Of a stretch of 64,000 nucleotides of DNA, positions 26,158 to 35,820 are shown piece by piece. The stretch comes from an uncultured Gammaproteobacteria bacterium. GTDB lineage: Bacteria > Patescibacteriota > Patescibacteriia > Veblenbacterales > UBA10138. Location of the stretch: contig CAYGDX010000003.1 in NCBI GenBank assembly GCA_964348825.1, forward strand, positions 22,184-86,183, in the 5' to 3' direction. The stretch's first letter is position 1, and every line of letters begins with the position of its first letter. The notes under the pieces are model-generated. The model worked only from the letters and a program-made list of their open reading frames with translations, ran no database searches and was not told the DNA's origin. The translations under genes were made by a program, and so were the position numbers.

Positions 26158-27057
26158 ATGATGATAAAATACAATGAATATATTGGCGTAGATTTAAGCG
26201 GCGGGCAATTGATGGCTAGCCAAATTTTATTTAATAAGCGCGTCACAGAAATTAAAAATTTTTTTACTTCAACCAAACTTGAACTAAATAAAATACCATC
26301 CTCTACTCAACTAAAAACTTTGACTGATAAAATTTTTACTGGAAATAATCATCAATCAAAAATTTTAGTTGCTCTTCCCAACCAATCGGTTGTTATGCGC
26401 ACCATTGAAGTGTCCAGTAAAATTAAACAACCAGAAAAATATATAGCGGCTGAAATAAAAAGCCTGCTCGGTACTAGCGAATCAAATTTCACCACTAGTT
26501 GGCAATGGTTAAAAACAACTAAAAATTCGCCAATCAAAACCGCTCTACTAGTCGCAGCCGAACAAAAAATAATTAATGAATATATTAAAAATTTACAAGA
26601 CAACAATTTAACCCCACTTAGCCTAGAGCCGGCTGGAGTAGCCCTGGTGAGAGCAGTAGCTTATTTAACCAACCATCTGCCTGCTTTACAAATTGCTATT
26701 TACACTCGAACAAGTGATACAACAGTAGTAATTTTTGATCAAGAATCAATCTACACTTCAGTTATAATCAACACTAGTTTAAGTGATGTCAAAAAAAATA
26801 AAAATACTTTAAGTGTTACTCATGCCGCCTTAGCTCAATATGAGGAATTTTTTGGATACTTCCCCAAAATAAACTATGCTTGGTACGCCGGTGAAAATAT
26901 ATCAGTCGCTAATTTTAAAACTACCGCGTCCAAACAATTAAAAATAAAATTTATGCCCCTCCCCACTACTAAATTAAAGTTTGGCCAAACGGTGAATAAA
27001 AAAAACTTTTTTAACGAAGGTTTAATTGCCTTTGGCACAGCTTTAAAATTTACTTAA
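26158..27057 (+). CDS. pilM: Type IV pilus assembly protein PilM-like (actin-like ATPase fold)
   Basis: YIGVDLSGGQL N-terminus and LEPAGVALVRAV segment. Followed by a PilN-like gene. Confidence 0.5.
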   Translation: MMIKYNEYIGVDLSGGQLMASQILFNKRVTEIKNFFTSTKLELNKIPSSTQLKTLTDKIFTGNNHQSKILVALPNQSVVMRTIEVSSKIKQPEKYIAAEIKSLLGTSESNFTTSWQWLKTTKNSPIKTALLVAAEQKIINEYIKNLQDNNLTPLSLEPAGVALVRAVAYLTNHLPALQIAIYTRTSDTTVVIFDQESIYTSVIINTSLSDVKKNKNTLSVTHAALAQYEEFFGYFPKINYAWYAGENISVANFKTTASKQLKIKFMPLPTTKLKFGQTVNKKNFFNEGLIAFGTALKFT

Positions 27058-27558
27058 ATGAAACATTTATCCGAAATAAATTTAATACCTGAACCATTGT
27101 TTAATAAAATAATTAATCAGCGGTTAATTCGTTACTCACAAATTACCGGCCAAGTAATTATTATTTGTTTGCTAGTTTGGGCTACTTTACTACTCGCGGT
27201 CGCAAGTGTTTTAAGTAGGCCTAATATTATTTACAACACCGAACAAACTAAATTAATTAACGAAGTTGAAAGTTTTAATAAACAAATAAACACTATAGCA
27301 ACTATTCAAACTAACGCCACTGCTATTACCCCAATTTTACACCAAATACTAAAATCAATGCCCAAGGAGATAAATATTTCACAATTAATTTGGAGTAAAA
27401 ATAATAATGAATTAATTGTAGTTGGTACTTCAAAAAATTTAATAATCCTTAAAAATTTTGAACAAACTGCTAAAAATAATTTCGGATTAGATGAGCTAAC
27501 CAGCACTATGTTAACTCCGGAACGAATTGTTTGGCAGGCGATTTTCAAAATTAATTAA
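27058..27558 (+). CDS. pilN: PilN-like pilus assembly protein
   Basis: INLIPEPLF..IINQRL N-terminus (PilN INLLP signature) then a single TM segment. Confidence 0.5.
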   Translation: MKHLSEINLIPEPLFNKIINQRLIRYSQITGQVIIICLLVWATLLLAVASVLSRPNIIYNTEQTKLINEVESFNKQINTIATIQTNATAITPILHQILKSMPKEINISQLIWSKNNNELIVVGTSKNLIILKNFEQTAKNNFGLDELTSTMLTPERIVWQAIFKIN

Positions 27559-27579
27559 CCAAAATTATGATAAAAAATG

Positions 27580-27718
27580 AAGCTCCGCGCAACAAGTTGC
27601 GTGGTATCAAAGCGAAATTCTTCCGGAGCCAACCCTCCTTCGCTCTGCGAGCTACGGAAGGGTTCTCCCCGCCTTCAGCCTCGCAGTTTACTGCGAGCAT
27701 GAAGGCGAAGGAGAATAA
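27580..27718 (+). other. GC-rich nested-hairpin island inside the pil operon, overlapping the pilO-like start region
   Basis: ctccttcgc..ctgcgag..ggaaggg..ccttc..ctcgcag..gcgaaggag nested inverted repeats, plus cgcgcaac-aa-gttgcgtg. The sequence reads as structured rather than coding. Confidence 0.4.
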
Positions 27719-28208
27719 TAACTGGTTACTTATTACTCTATTAGCCATAACTTTAATTATTCTAGGTGTAATTATGCCGACTATTTTTTGGTTGAGTCAA
27801 AATTTTAATTTTACAAAAAAATTACACACTACTATAACAAATTATTATGCCACCGAACAAACCTACGCTAAAATTTTAACTGACTATAAAAATCATTCAA
27901 CCAGTCAGCAATCTTTAAACAAAATGCTGGCCACCGAACAAACCTTATTGGAACTAGATAAACAACTTAATATACTGGCTAAAAAAAACCAGCTCGACCT
28001 ACAATATAACTGGGGTGAAATAAAAACAGCTACCCTGTCTTATAAAAATTTAAAAATAAGCACCTCTGGCAATGCCGGCGATATTTTAAATTTTGTAAAT
28101 GCCTTAGAAAATTTACCGACTTATATTTCAATCCAAAACTTAGAAATGCAAACTGATTATCCCCTAACTTCCGGTTTTATTTTAACTGAAGTTTATTTAA
28201 AAATATGA
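27699..28208 (+). CDS. pilO: PilO-like membrane protein (start chosen at the internal Met MKAKENNNWLL; the track ORF starts at 27567)
   Basis: Short cytoplasmic N-terminus, one TM segment, coiled-coil-like periplasmic region; position after pilN. Confidence 0.4.
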   Translation: MKAKENNNWLLITLLAITLIILGVIMPTIFWLSQNFNFTKKLHTTITNYYATEQTYAKILTDYKNHSTSQQSLNKMLATEQTLLELDKQLNILAKKNQLDLQYNWGEIKTATLSYKNLKISTSGNAGDILNFVNALENLPTYISIQNLEMQTDYPLTSGFILTEVYLKI

Positions 28209-28525
28209 AACGACTTAACTATCATCATGTAAAATCCGCTACCAAAAATTTTAATCTGGTACTACTGGTCGCAATTATAATAACCGGCGTAATTATTACT
28301 TGGTTAGTATTTTTAATACCCACTCAAATTTACAATCAAAAAATAATTCAAAAATTAACTACTGTAATTATGCCGATAAAAATACCAGCCGAAAAATTAA
28401 GCACTATTTTGATAAAATCCGAAAACAAAAAGCAAGCGATTTATGATTTCCGCTCGCTTAATGATAAATTTATAAATTTACGCACTTCGGTTAAATTACA
28501 AGATTTAGATAAGGGAAATCGCTAA
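28205..28525 (+). CDS. Small bitopic membrane protein (PilP-like position)
   Basis: 106 aa, one TM segment, overlaps the previous stop by 4 nt. Confidence 0.35.
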   Translation: MKRLNYHHVKSATKNFNLVLLVAIIITGVIITWLVFLIPTQIYNQKIIQKLTTVIMPIKIPAEKLSTILIKSENKKQAIYDFRSLNDKFINLRTSVKLQDLDKGNR

Positions 28526-28530
28526 CTTAT

Positions 28531-28782
28531 TTATTCTATCGCTTCTACTTCTTTCACTTCAGGAAATTTGGCCTGAAGTTTTTTTAATAATCCAAAACGT
28601 AAAGTAATTGGTGATAAGGCACAGTGTGCGCAAGATCCTTTAAGACGTACACCCACCACACCAGTTTTTAAATCAAAACCAACAAATTCTAACTCTCCCC
28701 CATGCCCCGCCACATAAGGCGATAATTTTTTAATCAACACCTTAATTTTTTTATTGATTTCTGATTTCAAATTTTTGATCAT
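28531..28782 (-). CDS. NifU-like (Nfu) Fe-S cluster scaffold domain protein
   Basis: HGGELEFVGFD..GVVGVRLKGSCAHCALSPITL matches the Nfu CxxC motif. Confidence 0.75.
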   Translation of the reverse strand: MIKNLKSEINKKIKVLIKKLSPYVAGHGGELEFVGFDLKTGVVGVRLKGSCAHCALSPITLRFGLLKKLQAKFPEVKEVEAIE

Positions 28783-28794
28783 AATTTAATGCGT

Positions 28795-28831
28795 CACAAA
28801 AGTTCGCGGTCGCGCGGTATTTGTGACGGGT
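28795..28831. repeat. Nested palindrome cgtcacaaa..gcggtcgcgcgg..tttgtgacg (family of 3)
   Basis: Outer stem TCACAAA/TTTGTGA with inner GC palindrome. Homologous copies at 30307 and 55203, all at junctions between minus-strand genes. Confidence 0.5.
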
Positions 28832-28832
28832 G

Positions 28833-30275
28833 TTAATTAAGTCCAGAGGTTGAAATTACAAATAATGCACCATCGGCCGCTACTATTATATAATTTTGCC
28901 GAGCTTTACCTAATCGTCCCAACAAAACTTGGTGAATAGCGCCACAAGGTTGATTATCTGCCACAAAAAATTGTCGTGGATAACCAACTAAATTTTTACC
29001 ACCAGCTTCCACCGCGCTCAAACGACAACCTACACTATTAAATACTATATCTAACTCCTTATCGCCATTTATATCACCCACCACAGGTTGCTTAGCCCAA
29101 GATGTATCAGGATAACCATCAATTGCGGGATAACCTTCGAGCAAAGTGCCATCTATTTGCCAAGCATATACTTTTCCTACTTTACTATTTACAATAATTT
29201 CTAATTTTTTATCATCATTTAAATCAGCCAACACCGGCACAGAATCATACAACCTTTGGTTACCGGTTAACTTCGGCCAACCTGAAAATTCCACCCAATC
29301 TTTATCATAAATATGAACCTTGCCTGAATCTGGTTGTTGCACTGAAGTACCAACTACAATCTCCTTTTCACCATCGCCATCTAAATCTACTACTTGCGGT
29401 GGAACAGAAATTCTTTCATACATTAATAAAAATGGTGAATTAAAATCAGAGCCATCAGCTTTTTTAATATATATTTTACTATTAAAAATACTATGGAAAA
29501 CAGTTATCACTTCCGGACTACCATCGGAATCAATATCACTCACTGTAGGCTTTATCATTTGTGGCCAACCAGTTGGACCATTCACCTTCCATAATAATTC
29601 TTTATTAGCTTTGTAAACACGAAGCTCAAGTGGATTACCAGAACCACTCGCCGGCCAATAACCAACTACTATCTCAAGTGCTTTGTCGTTATTTAAATCC
29701 ACTAAAGTCGGGCCAGTGAACTTTACTATTTCAGCTATAATCGGCCAACCAGTTTTTAATTGCCCATTACTTTCATATGCCAATAGCGCCGCATTGTTTT
29801 GCCCAAGCCCAATACGACTACTACTTACTACTATATCCAGTGATTTATCGCCATCAATATCGCCCACGGCTAAAACACCTTTGCCCGGTTCTAGTTCGTA
29901 CGGCGCAAATTGACTGCGCCATAATAATTTACCATTACCTAAATAGGCCTCCACATAAAATCCTACCGGCACAAAATTTTGTTCACGGGCGATAATTAAT
30001 TCATTTACACCGTCATTATTAATATCGGCTAGAGCTAGGCCTGCCACCGTGCCATTATTAAATATTTTTGTCCAACTGCTTGGCACTGATGGTTGTAGAC
30101 GATTCTTAGTTATTTCATCATAATTCGCACTTTTAGCCCAAGCTGAATTTGTAGTCACAACCTTATCGCCTAATGATGAAGCATAACCAATCATCAAGCC
30201 ATTTAAAAATAATACCAACATTAAAAAACCGGCGATTGGGGCGCGATAATATCTGGTGATTGGTTTTGATAACAT
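28833..30275 (-). CDS. Secreted/membrane-anchored FG-GAP (VCBS) repeat beta-propeller protein
   Basis: N-terminal signal anchor. Repeated DxDxDG-like calcium-binding motifs: DINNDGVNEL, GDIDGDKSLDIVV, DLNNDKALEIVVG, DLDGDGEKEIVVG, GDINGDKELDIVF. Confidence 0.7.
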   Translation of the reverse strand: MLSKPITRYYRAPIAGFLMLVLFLNGLMIGYASSLGDKVVTTNSAWAKSANYDEITKNRLQPSVPSSWTKIFNNGTVAGLALADINNDGVNELIIAREQNFVPVGFYVEAYLGNGKLLWRSQFAPYELEPGKGVLAVGDIDGDKSLDIVVSSSRIGLGQNNAALLAYESNGQLKTGWPIIAEIVKFTGPTLVDLNNDKALEIVVGYWPASGSGNPLELRVYKANKELLWKVNGPTGWPQMIKPTVSDIDSDGSPEVITVFHSIFNSKIYIKKADGSDFNSPFLLMYERISVPPQVVDLDGDGEKEIVVGTSVQQPDSGKVHIYDKDWVEFSGWPKLTGNQRLYDSVPVLADLNDDKKLEIIVNSKVGKVYAWQIDGTLLEGYPAIDGYPDTSWAKQPVVGDINGDKELDIVFNSVGCRLSAVEAGGKNLVGYPRQFFVADNQPCGAIHQVLLGRLGKARQNYIIVAADGALFVISTSGLN

Positions 30276-30306
30276 AAAAATAAAATAGGTAATAAATATT
30301 TTAATG

Positions 30307-30344
30307 CATCACAAGCTTTCAGCGACCGCTGACATTTTGTGATG
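30307..30344. repeat. Nested palindrome catcacaa..cagcgaccgctg..ttgtgatg
   Basis: Same family as 28795 and 55203. Confidence 0.5.
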
Positions 30345-30347
30345 AAA

Positions 30348-31091
30348 TTATTTAAGTGGTTTGATAAGGCCGGAGATGATTATCATAACTTGTTCGCCTT
30401 TATCCACTACCCCACCATTCCAATCGTGTACTGCTTTACTTAATACTTTCTCAGTGTAACGGAAATTTTCGCCACGCTTAGTACCGGGATCATTGGTAAT
30501 AAATTCATTACCTTGGAAACCTTTTATTACTAACATATGATACAGTGGGCCAGGCCGGCGAAAATACTGATTACCTAACTTACGGCCAGCCGCAGGAATT
30601 AACACTGGTTGTTTTTTAAGTAATGCCGCGCGTAAGACACTGGCATTATATGGCACAACTTTGGCCTCTAGATTAAAATTGTCTTTTAATATTTTTACTG
30701 TTTCCGCGGCAGTAATATCCAGCGCGTAACCGTTTTTCTCTTCCCAAGTCACGAGTTTTAAAATTTCTTTTTCGGCATAATCAGCTGGCAGTTGTAATTT
30801 TTTATTTTGCTTAAAATATTCTACCACCATAACCATACTCGCCTCTTCGCAGGCCTCTTGGTGAAGCGCATCCCATTTGGCATAAGGCGCTTGGGAGGTA
30901 AAAGGAATTTTAAAAACATTGATTTTATTTAAACCTGCACTAGGATTGGTCTTTATTTCAACCGTCTTAGCTAAAACATCTGTATTGTTTAACCATTTAT
31001 TAGGTAATGTAAAATAACCAAACCAAGCCGCAAAAACAGCTACCCAGCTTAAGGAAGCTAATGATATAATCAAGTAAAGTCGCCATTTCAT
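30348..31091 (-). CDS. Peptidase C39-like (papain-fold) domain protein with N-terminal TM anchor
   Basis: QAPYAKWDALHQEACEEAS (catalytic Cys region) and YHMLVIKGF (His region), typical of Peptidase_C39_2. Confidence 0.5.
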   Translation of the reverse strand: MKWRLYLIISLASLSWVAVFAAWFGYFTLPNKWLNNTDVLAKTVEIKTNPSAGLNKINVFKIPFTSQAPYAKWDALHQEACEEASMVMVVEYFKQNKKLQLPADYAEKEILKLVTWEEKNGYALDITAAETVKILKDNFNLEAKVVPYNASVLRAALLKKQPVLIPAAGRKLGNQYFRRPGPLYHMLVIKGFQGNEFITNDPGTKRGENFRYTEKVLSKAVHDWNGGVVDKGEQVMIIISGLIKPLK

Positions 31092-31122
31092 AGTGATTTT
31101 ATACTACCTTAAACACCTGCTC

Positions 31123-31151
31123 TTGACTAGGTTAACGATATAATCTATAAT
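31123..31151 (+). promoter_or_regulatory. Sigma70-type promoter for rpmA
   Basis: TTGACT (31123-31128), 17-nt spacer, TATAAT (31146-31151); 68 nt upstream of the rpmA ATG. Confidence 0.5.
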
Positions 31152-31218
31152 AAATTCACTGTCTAAATACCAAATTTTAGGATTTCGGATTTAGAATTTA
31201 GGATTTTATAATTTTCTT

Positions 31219-31503
31219 ATGGCTCATACTAAAGCGGGCGGCTCTACCGCCCTAGGTCGCGATTCACAAAGTAAACGTTTGGGTGTTAAATTATTTGCTG
31301 GCCAATTCGCTAAGGCCGGTATGGTAATTGTTCGCCAACGTGGTACTAAATTTTATCCTGGAGTAGGCGTTAAAAAAGGTTCAGATGATACCTTATTTGC
31401 CAGCACTTCTGGTGTACTTAAATTTTATAAAAAATGGAAAAAGAGTTACGATGGCAAATTGAAACTAGCTAAGATGGTATCAGTTGTACCACAAGAAAAG
31501 TAA
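31219..31503 (+). CDS. rpmA: 50S ribosomal protein L27
   Basis: [24 protein letters not shown]...IVRQRGTKF signature, with a short C-terminal extension. Confidence 0.9.
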   Translation: MAHTKAGGSTALGRDSQSKRLGVKLFAGQFAKAGMVIVRQRGTKFYPGVGVKKGSDDTLFASTSGVLKFYKKWKKSYDGKLKLAKMVSVVPQEK

Positions 31504-31518
31504 TTGAAATTTAATTTA

Positions 31519-31552
31519 AAACCATTCCGATTGCAATCGGAATGGTTTTTTA
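31519..31552 (+). terminator. Rho-independent terminator of rpmA (14-bp perfect palindrome plus T-tract)
   Basis: aaccattccgattg/caatcggaatggtt followed by tttttt. Confidence 0.7.
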
Positions 31553-31632
31553 TTCTAAAAAAGTATGAAAAAAATGACAATGTGACTATAAAACTTGTTG
31601 TAAAATTAAATTTCTTAATATTTTTTAAAAAA

Positions 31633-31872
31633 TTATTTACCTTGTTTCCAAATTTCAAACGGAATATTTTGTCCATTTTTACTAATAAATGTTTTTCTAT
31701 CTGCATCATCTTCAGATTTTATATGAACTAATCCTTCATCTTCTTGGAGCGGATAATACTTTCCATCAGAATCACTAAATCCTATAACTTTTATCTGTCC
31801 ATCTACTATTTTAGTTTTTTCTTCAAACAATTGCCATTCTGGCAAAGGTTCACCTGGCCTCTTTCTATCCAT
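31633..31872 (-). CDS. Hypothetical small protein (79 aa)
   Basis: ORF with plausible codon usage between the rpmA terminator and pyrG. No family recognised. Confidence 0.3.
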   Translation of the reverse strand: MDRKRPGEPLPEWQLFEEKTKIVDGQIKVIGFSDSDGKYYPLQEDEGLVHIKSEDDADRKTFISKNGQNIPFEIWKQGK

Positions 31873-31903
31873 AATTTTACAAATTAATAATTAATAGATC
31901 AAA

Positions 31904-33571
31904 TTATTTCTTACCACCCAAACACGCGCCTACAAAATCCCGGAAAAGAGGGTGTGGTCGAAGGGGGCGAGATTGGAATTCAGGATGAAATTGCGTACCC
32001 ACCATAAATGGATGATTTTTAATTTCCGCGATCTCCACTAAATTTTTCTCTGGATTCAATCCTGAAAAAACAAATCCAGCGGCCGCGAACTGCTCGCGGT
32101 AATCATTATTAAATTCATAGCGATGACGATGGCGTTCAGAAATTATTACTTCTGAAGCCTTGGTTTGAACTGGCACCGCACTCTCTATTTTTGAGGTATA
32201 CGCTGTATAAGCGCGTGTACCAGCGAGTAGGCGACATTCATAAGCCCCTAGGCGCATACTGGCACCCATATCTTTTTGCGCCAAATTCTTGCGCTGTTCT
32301 GGCATAATGTGAATAACGGCATTTTTGGTTTTAGTATCAAATTCTGTAGAATTAACTTCACTCGTTTTAAGTAACTCGCGGCCAAATTCAATCGACATAA
32401 TTTGCATACCCAAACAAAGTCCTAAATACGGAATTTTATTTTCTCGAGCATAGCGCGCGGCTAAAATTTTTCCTTCAATCCCCCGACCACCAAATCCACC
32501 CGGCACTAAAATACCATCCGCAGTTTTTAATCTTTTCCATTCGGGCGAATTTTTATCTTCTAATTTTTCTGAATCAATATCTATAATTTGTAATTTAGCT
32601 TGATGATAAGCCGCCGCCGATTTCAAGGCCTCGTGCACTGAAATATAAGCATCACCATGCGCGGTGTATTTTCCAACTAAAGCAATTGTCATTTTTTGAT
32701 TATCACTATTTTTTAAACGCTTAACCAACGTACGCCACGCTTTAAGATCTGGCGCTTTGCCTTTCATATCAAAATGTTTATAAATGAGCTCGGAAATTTT
32801 ATAAGAATCTAAATCAAGCGGTACCTCGTAAATAGTTTTAAGTGTGGGACAAGGTATAGCATTCGTTTTTGGTACATCGGCAAACAAGGCAATTTTCTCA
32901 AGTAAATCTTTACCGATTTTATGATCAGCGCGCGCTAAAATAACATCGGGCTGAATACCCATACGATGAAGTTCGCGTACTGCCATTTGAGTTGGTTTGG
33001 TTTTAAGTTCGCCTGATGTTTCAAGATACGGCAAGAGTGTGAGTAACATAAACATCACATTACTATTCCCTATCTCGCGGTGAAATTGCCGAGCTGCTTC
33101 TAAATACGGTTCACCTTCAATATCGCCCACTGTACCACCGATTTCTATTAACATAAAATCGGGCTTGGTGCGATCGGCTGCGGAAAGTAATCTATCTTTA
33201 ATAAAAGTAGTAATATGTGGAATGACTTGAATGGTGCGTCCTAAATACGTGCCTTGACGCTCATCAGCTAAAACTTTTTGATACACCTGCCCAGTAGTTA
33301 AATTTGATAAACGAGACAGTGGTTCATCAATAAATCTTTCATAATGCCCTAAATCCAAATCTGATTCATAACCATCATCGGTCACAAACACTTCGCCGTG
33401 CTGATATGGGCTCATAGTGCCTGGATCAATATTTAAATAAGGATCAAATTTGATAACGCTAACAGAATAACCAGCCGATTTTAATATCGCACCGATTGCC
33501 GCCATGGCCGTACCCTTGCCAAGGCCAGAACAAACTCCACCGGTCATGAAAATAAATTTGGTTTTTGACAT
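31904..33571 (-). CDS. pyrG: CTP synthase
   Basis: N-terminal synthetase domain (GGVCSGLGKG) and C-terminal glutamine amidotransferase domain (GLCLGMQ); 555 aa. Confidence 0.95.
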   Translation of the reverse strand: MSKTKFIFMTGGVCSGLGKGTAMAAIGAILKSAGYSVSVIKFDPYLNIDPGTMSPYQHGEVFVTDDGYESDLDLGHYERFIDEPLSRLSNLTTGQVYQKVLADERQGTYLGRTIQVIPHITTFIKDRLLSAADRTKPDFMLIEIGGTVGDIEGEPYLEAARQFHREIGNSNVMFMLLTLLPYLETSGELKTKPTQMAVRELHRMGIQPDVILARADHKIGKDLLEKIALFADVPKTNAIPCPTLKTIYEVPLDLDSYKISELIYKHFDMKGKAPDLKAWRTLVKRLKNSDNQKMTIALVGKYTAHGDAYISVHEALKSAAAYHQAKLQIIDIDSEKLEDKNSPEWKRLKTADGILVPGGFGGRGIEGKILAARYARENKIPYLGLCLGMQIMSIEFGRELLKTSEVNSTEFDTKTKNAVIHIMPEQRKNLAQKDMGASMRLGAYECRLLAGTRAYTAYTSKIESAVPVQTKASEVIISERHRHRYEFNNDYREQFAAAGFVFSGLNPEKNLVEIAEIKNHPFMVGTQFHPEFQSRPLRPHPLFRDFVGACLGGKK

Positions 33572-33752
33572 ATAACAAACCTTCTCTTACTAAAAATAAT
33601 TAAAATATTTTTAAAATAATGATATTTTATATCAAAATCTAAATTGCTTAAATCCCAAGTTTAAAGTTCAAAATCCCAATAAAGTTCCAAATGTTTGAAA
33701 ATTTTAAATCATTGAAAATTTATTGGGAATCGGAACTTGGTCATTGAAAATT

Positions 33753-34211
33753 CTACACTAATTTCTTCTCTCCTTCAACTACCACTACTAGCGGCGCTAC
33801 TACATCATCGTACAACTTAATCTCCACTTGATATTTACCCAAATGTTTAATCGGTTGGGTTAAAATAATTTGCTCAGCTTTTACATCAATTTTAAATTGT
33901 GATTTAATAATTGGCGCAAGATCAGCTGAAGTAACACCGGCATATAAAGTACCTGATTCATTGGCGCGTGCTTCTACTGTAATTGCTCGGCCACGCAACT
34001 GAATAGCATATTTTTCCGCTTGAATACGGACTTTTACTTGGGTTTGTTCGGCCGCTTTAGCACGCAGGGCTACCGCCGCGATTTTTTCAGGATTAGCTCG
34101 CACTGCCAAACCCTTAGGTAATAAAAAATTTAAAGCATAGCCATCGCTTACTTCACGCACTTGATCGCGGTGTGCTACACCAGCTATGTCTTGAATAAAA
34201 ATTACGCGCAT
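33753..34211 (-). CDS. rplI: 50S ribosomal protein L9
   Basis: MRVIFIQDIAGVAHRDQVREVSDGYALNFLLPKGLA is the L9 N-terminal domain; 152 aa. Confidence 0.85.
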   Translation of the reverse strand: MRVIFIQDIAGVAHRDQVREVSDGYALNFLLPKGLAVRANPEKIAAVALRAKAAEQTQVKVRIQAEKYAIQLRGRAITVEARANESGTLYAGVTSADLAPIIKSQFKIDVKAEQIILTQPIKHLGKYQVEIKLYDDVVAPLVVVVEGEKKLV

Positions 34212-34251
34212 AAGTTTAGTAAGAGTAAGAGATTTAAGTTAAGAGTCTTTG

Positions 34252-34350
34252 TCATTAGAACATTAGATCACTAGAGCATAAAAACAAAAATGTCATTTAT
34301 TATAATGTTTTAATGTTTAAGTGTTCTAGTGTTTTATATTAGCGTTCTAA
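34252..34350. promoter_or_regulatory. Palindromic 9-mer array element upstream of rplI
   Basis: cattagaacattagatcactagagcat-aaaaacaaaaatgtcatttattataat-gttttaatgtttaagtgttctagtg. The centre carries a TATAAT. Confidence 0.6.
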
Positions 34351-35619
34351 CAATTCAAGCGCTCTCTCTAACTGCGGATCACGATCGGCTTCAATATCTT
34401 CTCTGGTTCGCTTAACTTCAATATCTGGCACTAAACCATTTTTATCAATTGAACGTCCTTTGGGCGTAAACCACTTGGCAATAGTGAGCTTAACCGCGCT
34501 ACCATCAGGAAATTCTTCTAAATTTTGCACCGAACCCTTACCAAATGTTTTTTCACCCACTACTGTAGCGAGTTTGTAATCTTGCAGAGCGCCCGTAACA
34601 ATTTCCGAGGCCGAAGCTGAACCCTCGTTAACTAAAACTACAGTTGGAACTGACGCTAATTCGCCACCACCTTCACTTTCATAATCCCTAAAATCGGGTG
34701 GTGTGAATTGTTCACGTACCACTGAGCCATCTTTAATCCAATGGCTAGAAATGGCCACCGCTTGATCCAAAAAACCACCTGGGTCATTTCGTAAATCCAA
34801 AACAATTGATTTGGCACCTTGGGCCGCGAGCTTAGTCCAAGCGGCTAAAAATTCAGAATCGGTATCGCGACCAAATTGCGAAATTTTAATATAAGCCACT
34901 TTATTTTTACTACCGGGCAAAGTTTTTAACTCACCTTTCACTAATTTAATCACAATTTTATCACGCTTTAATTCCACCTCACGTGGTTCTGTTTCACCAT
35001 TTGATAAAATAGTTAATTTTACTTTGGTACCTCGTGGACCGCGAATTAAATTAACCGCTTGATCCACTGGCATACCAGTAGTATCGAACTCATTAATACC
35101 TAAAATTTTATCACCCGGTTTAAGTTTGGCACGTTCGGCTGGTGTACCTGGTAGTGGCGCCACCACTACTAATTTTTTATCTCTTATCCCAATCTCCGCG
35201 CCAATACCATCAAAAGTGCCCTGAAGTTCTTTATCAAATTGCCTAGCCATTTCCGGATCAAGATAAATTGAATATGGATCATCTAGCCCAGCTACCAGCC
35301 CTTGCAAAGCGCCATAAAATAATTTTGTATCTTTAACATCTCGTTCATAAGAATATTTGCGTACATAATCCCACACCTGCCAAAACAAATTAAAATCTAC
35401 ATCTTTGGCTAAATATTCTGGTGGCTTAGAATTAAGATTTAGTACACTGCCAGTACCCGAAAAAACCTGCTTGACCGTAGAGGTATTAATGAAGATGCCT
35501 AAACCCAAACCAACTATAAATAAAACAATGGCCAAAGTTATTGGCACTGTTCGCTTAGGTTGGTTGTGGGGTGAAAAAGGGTGAATAGAATCCATAATAT
35601 GACAATTGGATTTTAACAC
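34339..35619 (-). CDS. ctpA: Carboxyl-terminal processing protease (S41 family) with PDZ domain
   Basis: N-terminal TM anchor, PDZ segment, and S41 catalytic region (GSASASEIV.., KG). Confidence 0.8.
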   Translation of the reverse strand: MLKSNCHIMDSIHPFSPHNQPKRTVPITLAIVLFIVGLGLGIFINTSTVKQVFSGTGSVLNLNSKPPEYLAKDVDFNLFWQVWDYVRKYSYERDVKDTKLFYGALQGLVAGLDDPYSIYLDPEMARQFDKELQGTFDGIGAEIGIRDKKLVVVAPLPGTPAERAKLKPGDKILGINEFDTTGMPVDQAVNLIRGPRGTKVKLTILSNGETEPREVELKRDKIVIKLVKGELKTLPGSKNKVAYIKISQFGRDTDSEFLAAWTKLAAQGAKSIVLDLRNDPGGFLDQAVAISSHWIKDGSVVREQFTPPDFRDYESEGGGELASVPTVVLVNEGSASASEIVTGALQDYKLATVVGEKTFGKGSVQNLEEFPDGSAVKLTIAKWFTPKGRSIDKNGLVPDIEVKRTREDIEADRDPQLERALELLER

Positions 35620-35820
35620 GATAAGTGATAATTGGTCAAAATAATAAAATGATAAGTAAACTGTTGATTTTTAAGTTAAAAAAAGCTAGAGTACAAGCAG
35701 GATTTGTACAATATTTTTATTATGCGAATATTAATAACTGGTGATGTAGGGCTGTGCCCCGTACCCAATATAGAATGATTTAATCAAATAATGGTGTTTA
35801 TTTAGAATTATATTTTAATT

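Noticed and set aside
27567-27698. N-terminal 44 codons of ORF 27567..28208 (pilO-like)
   Set aside because: This stretch is GC-rich nested palindromic sequence with no PilO-like features. A conventional Met followed directly by a TM helix occurs at 27699.
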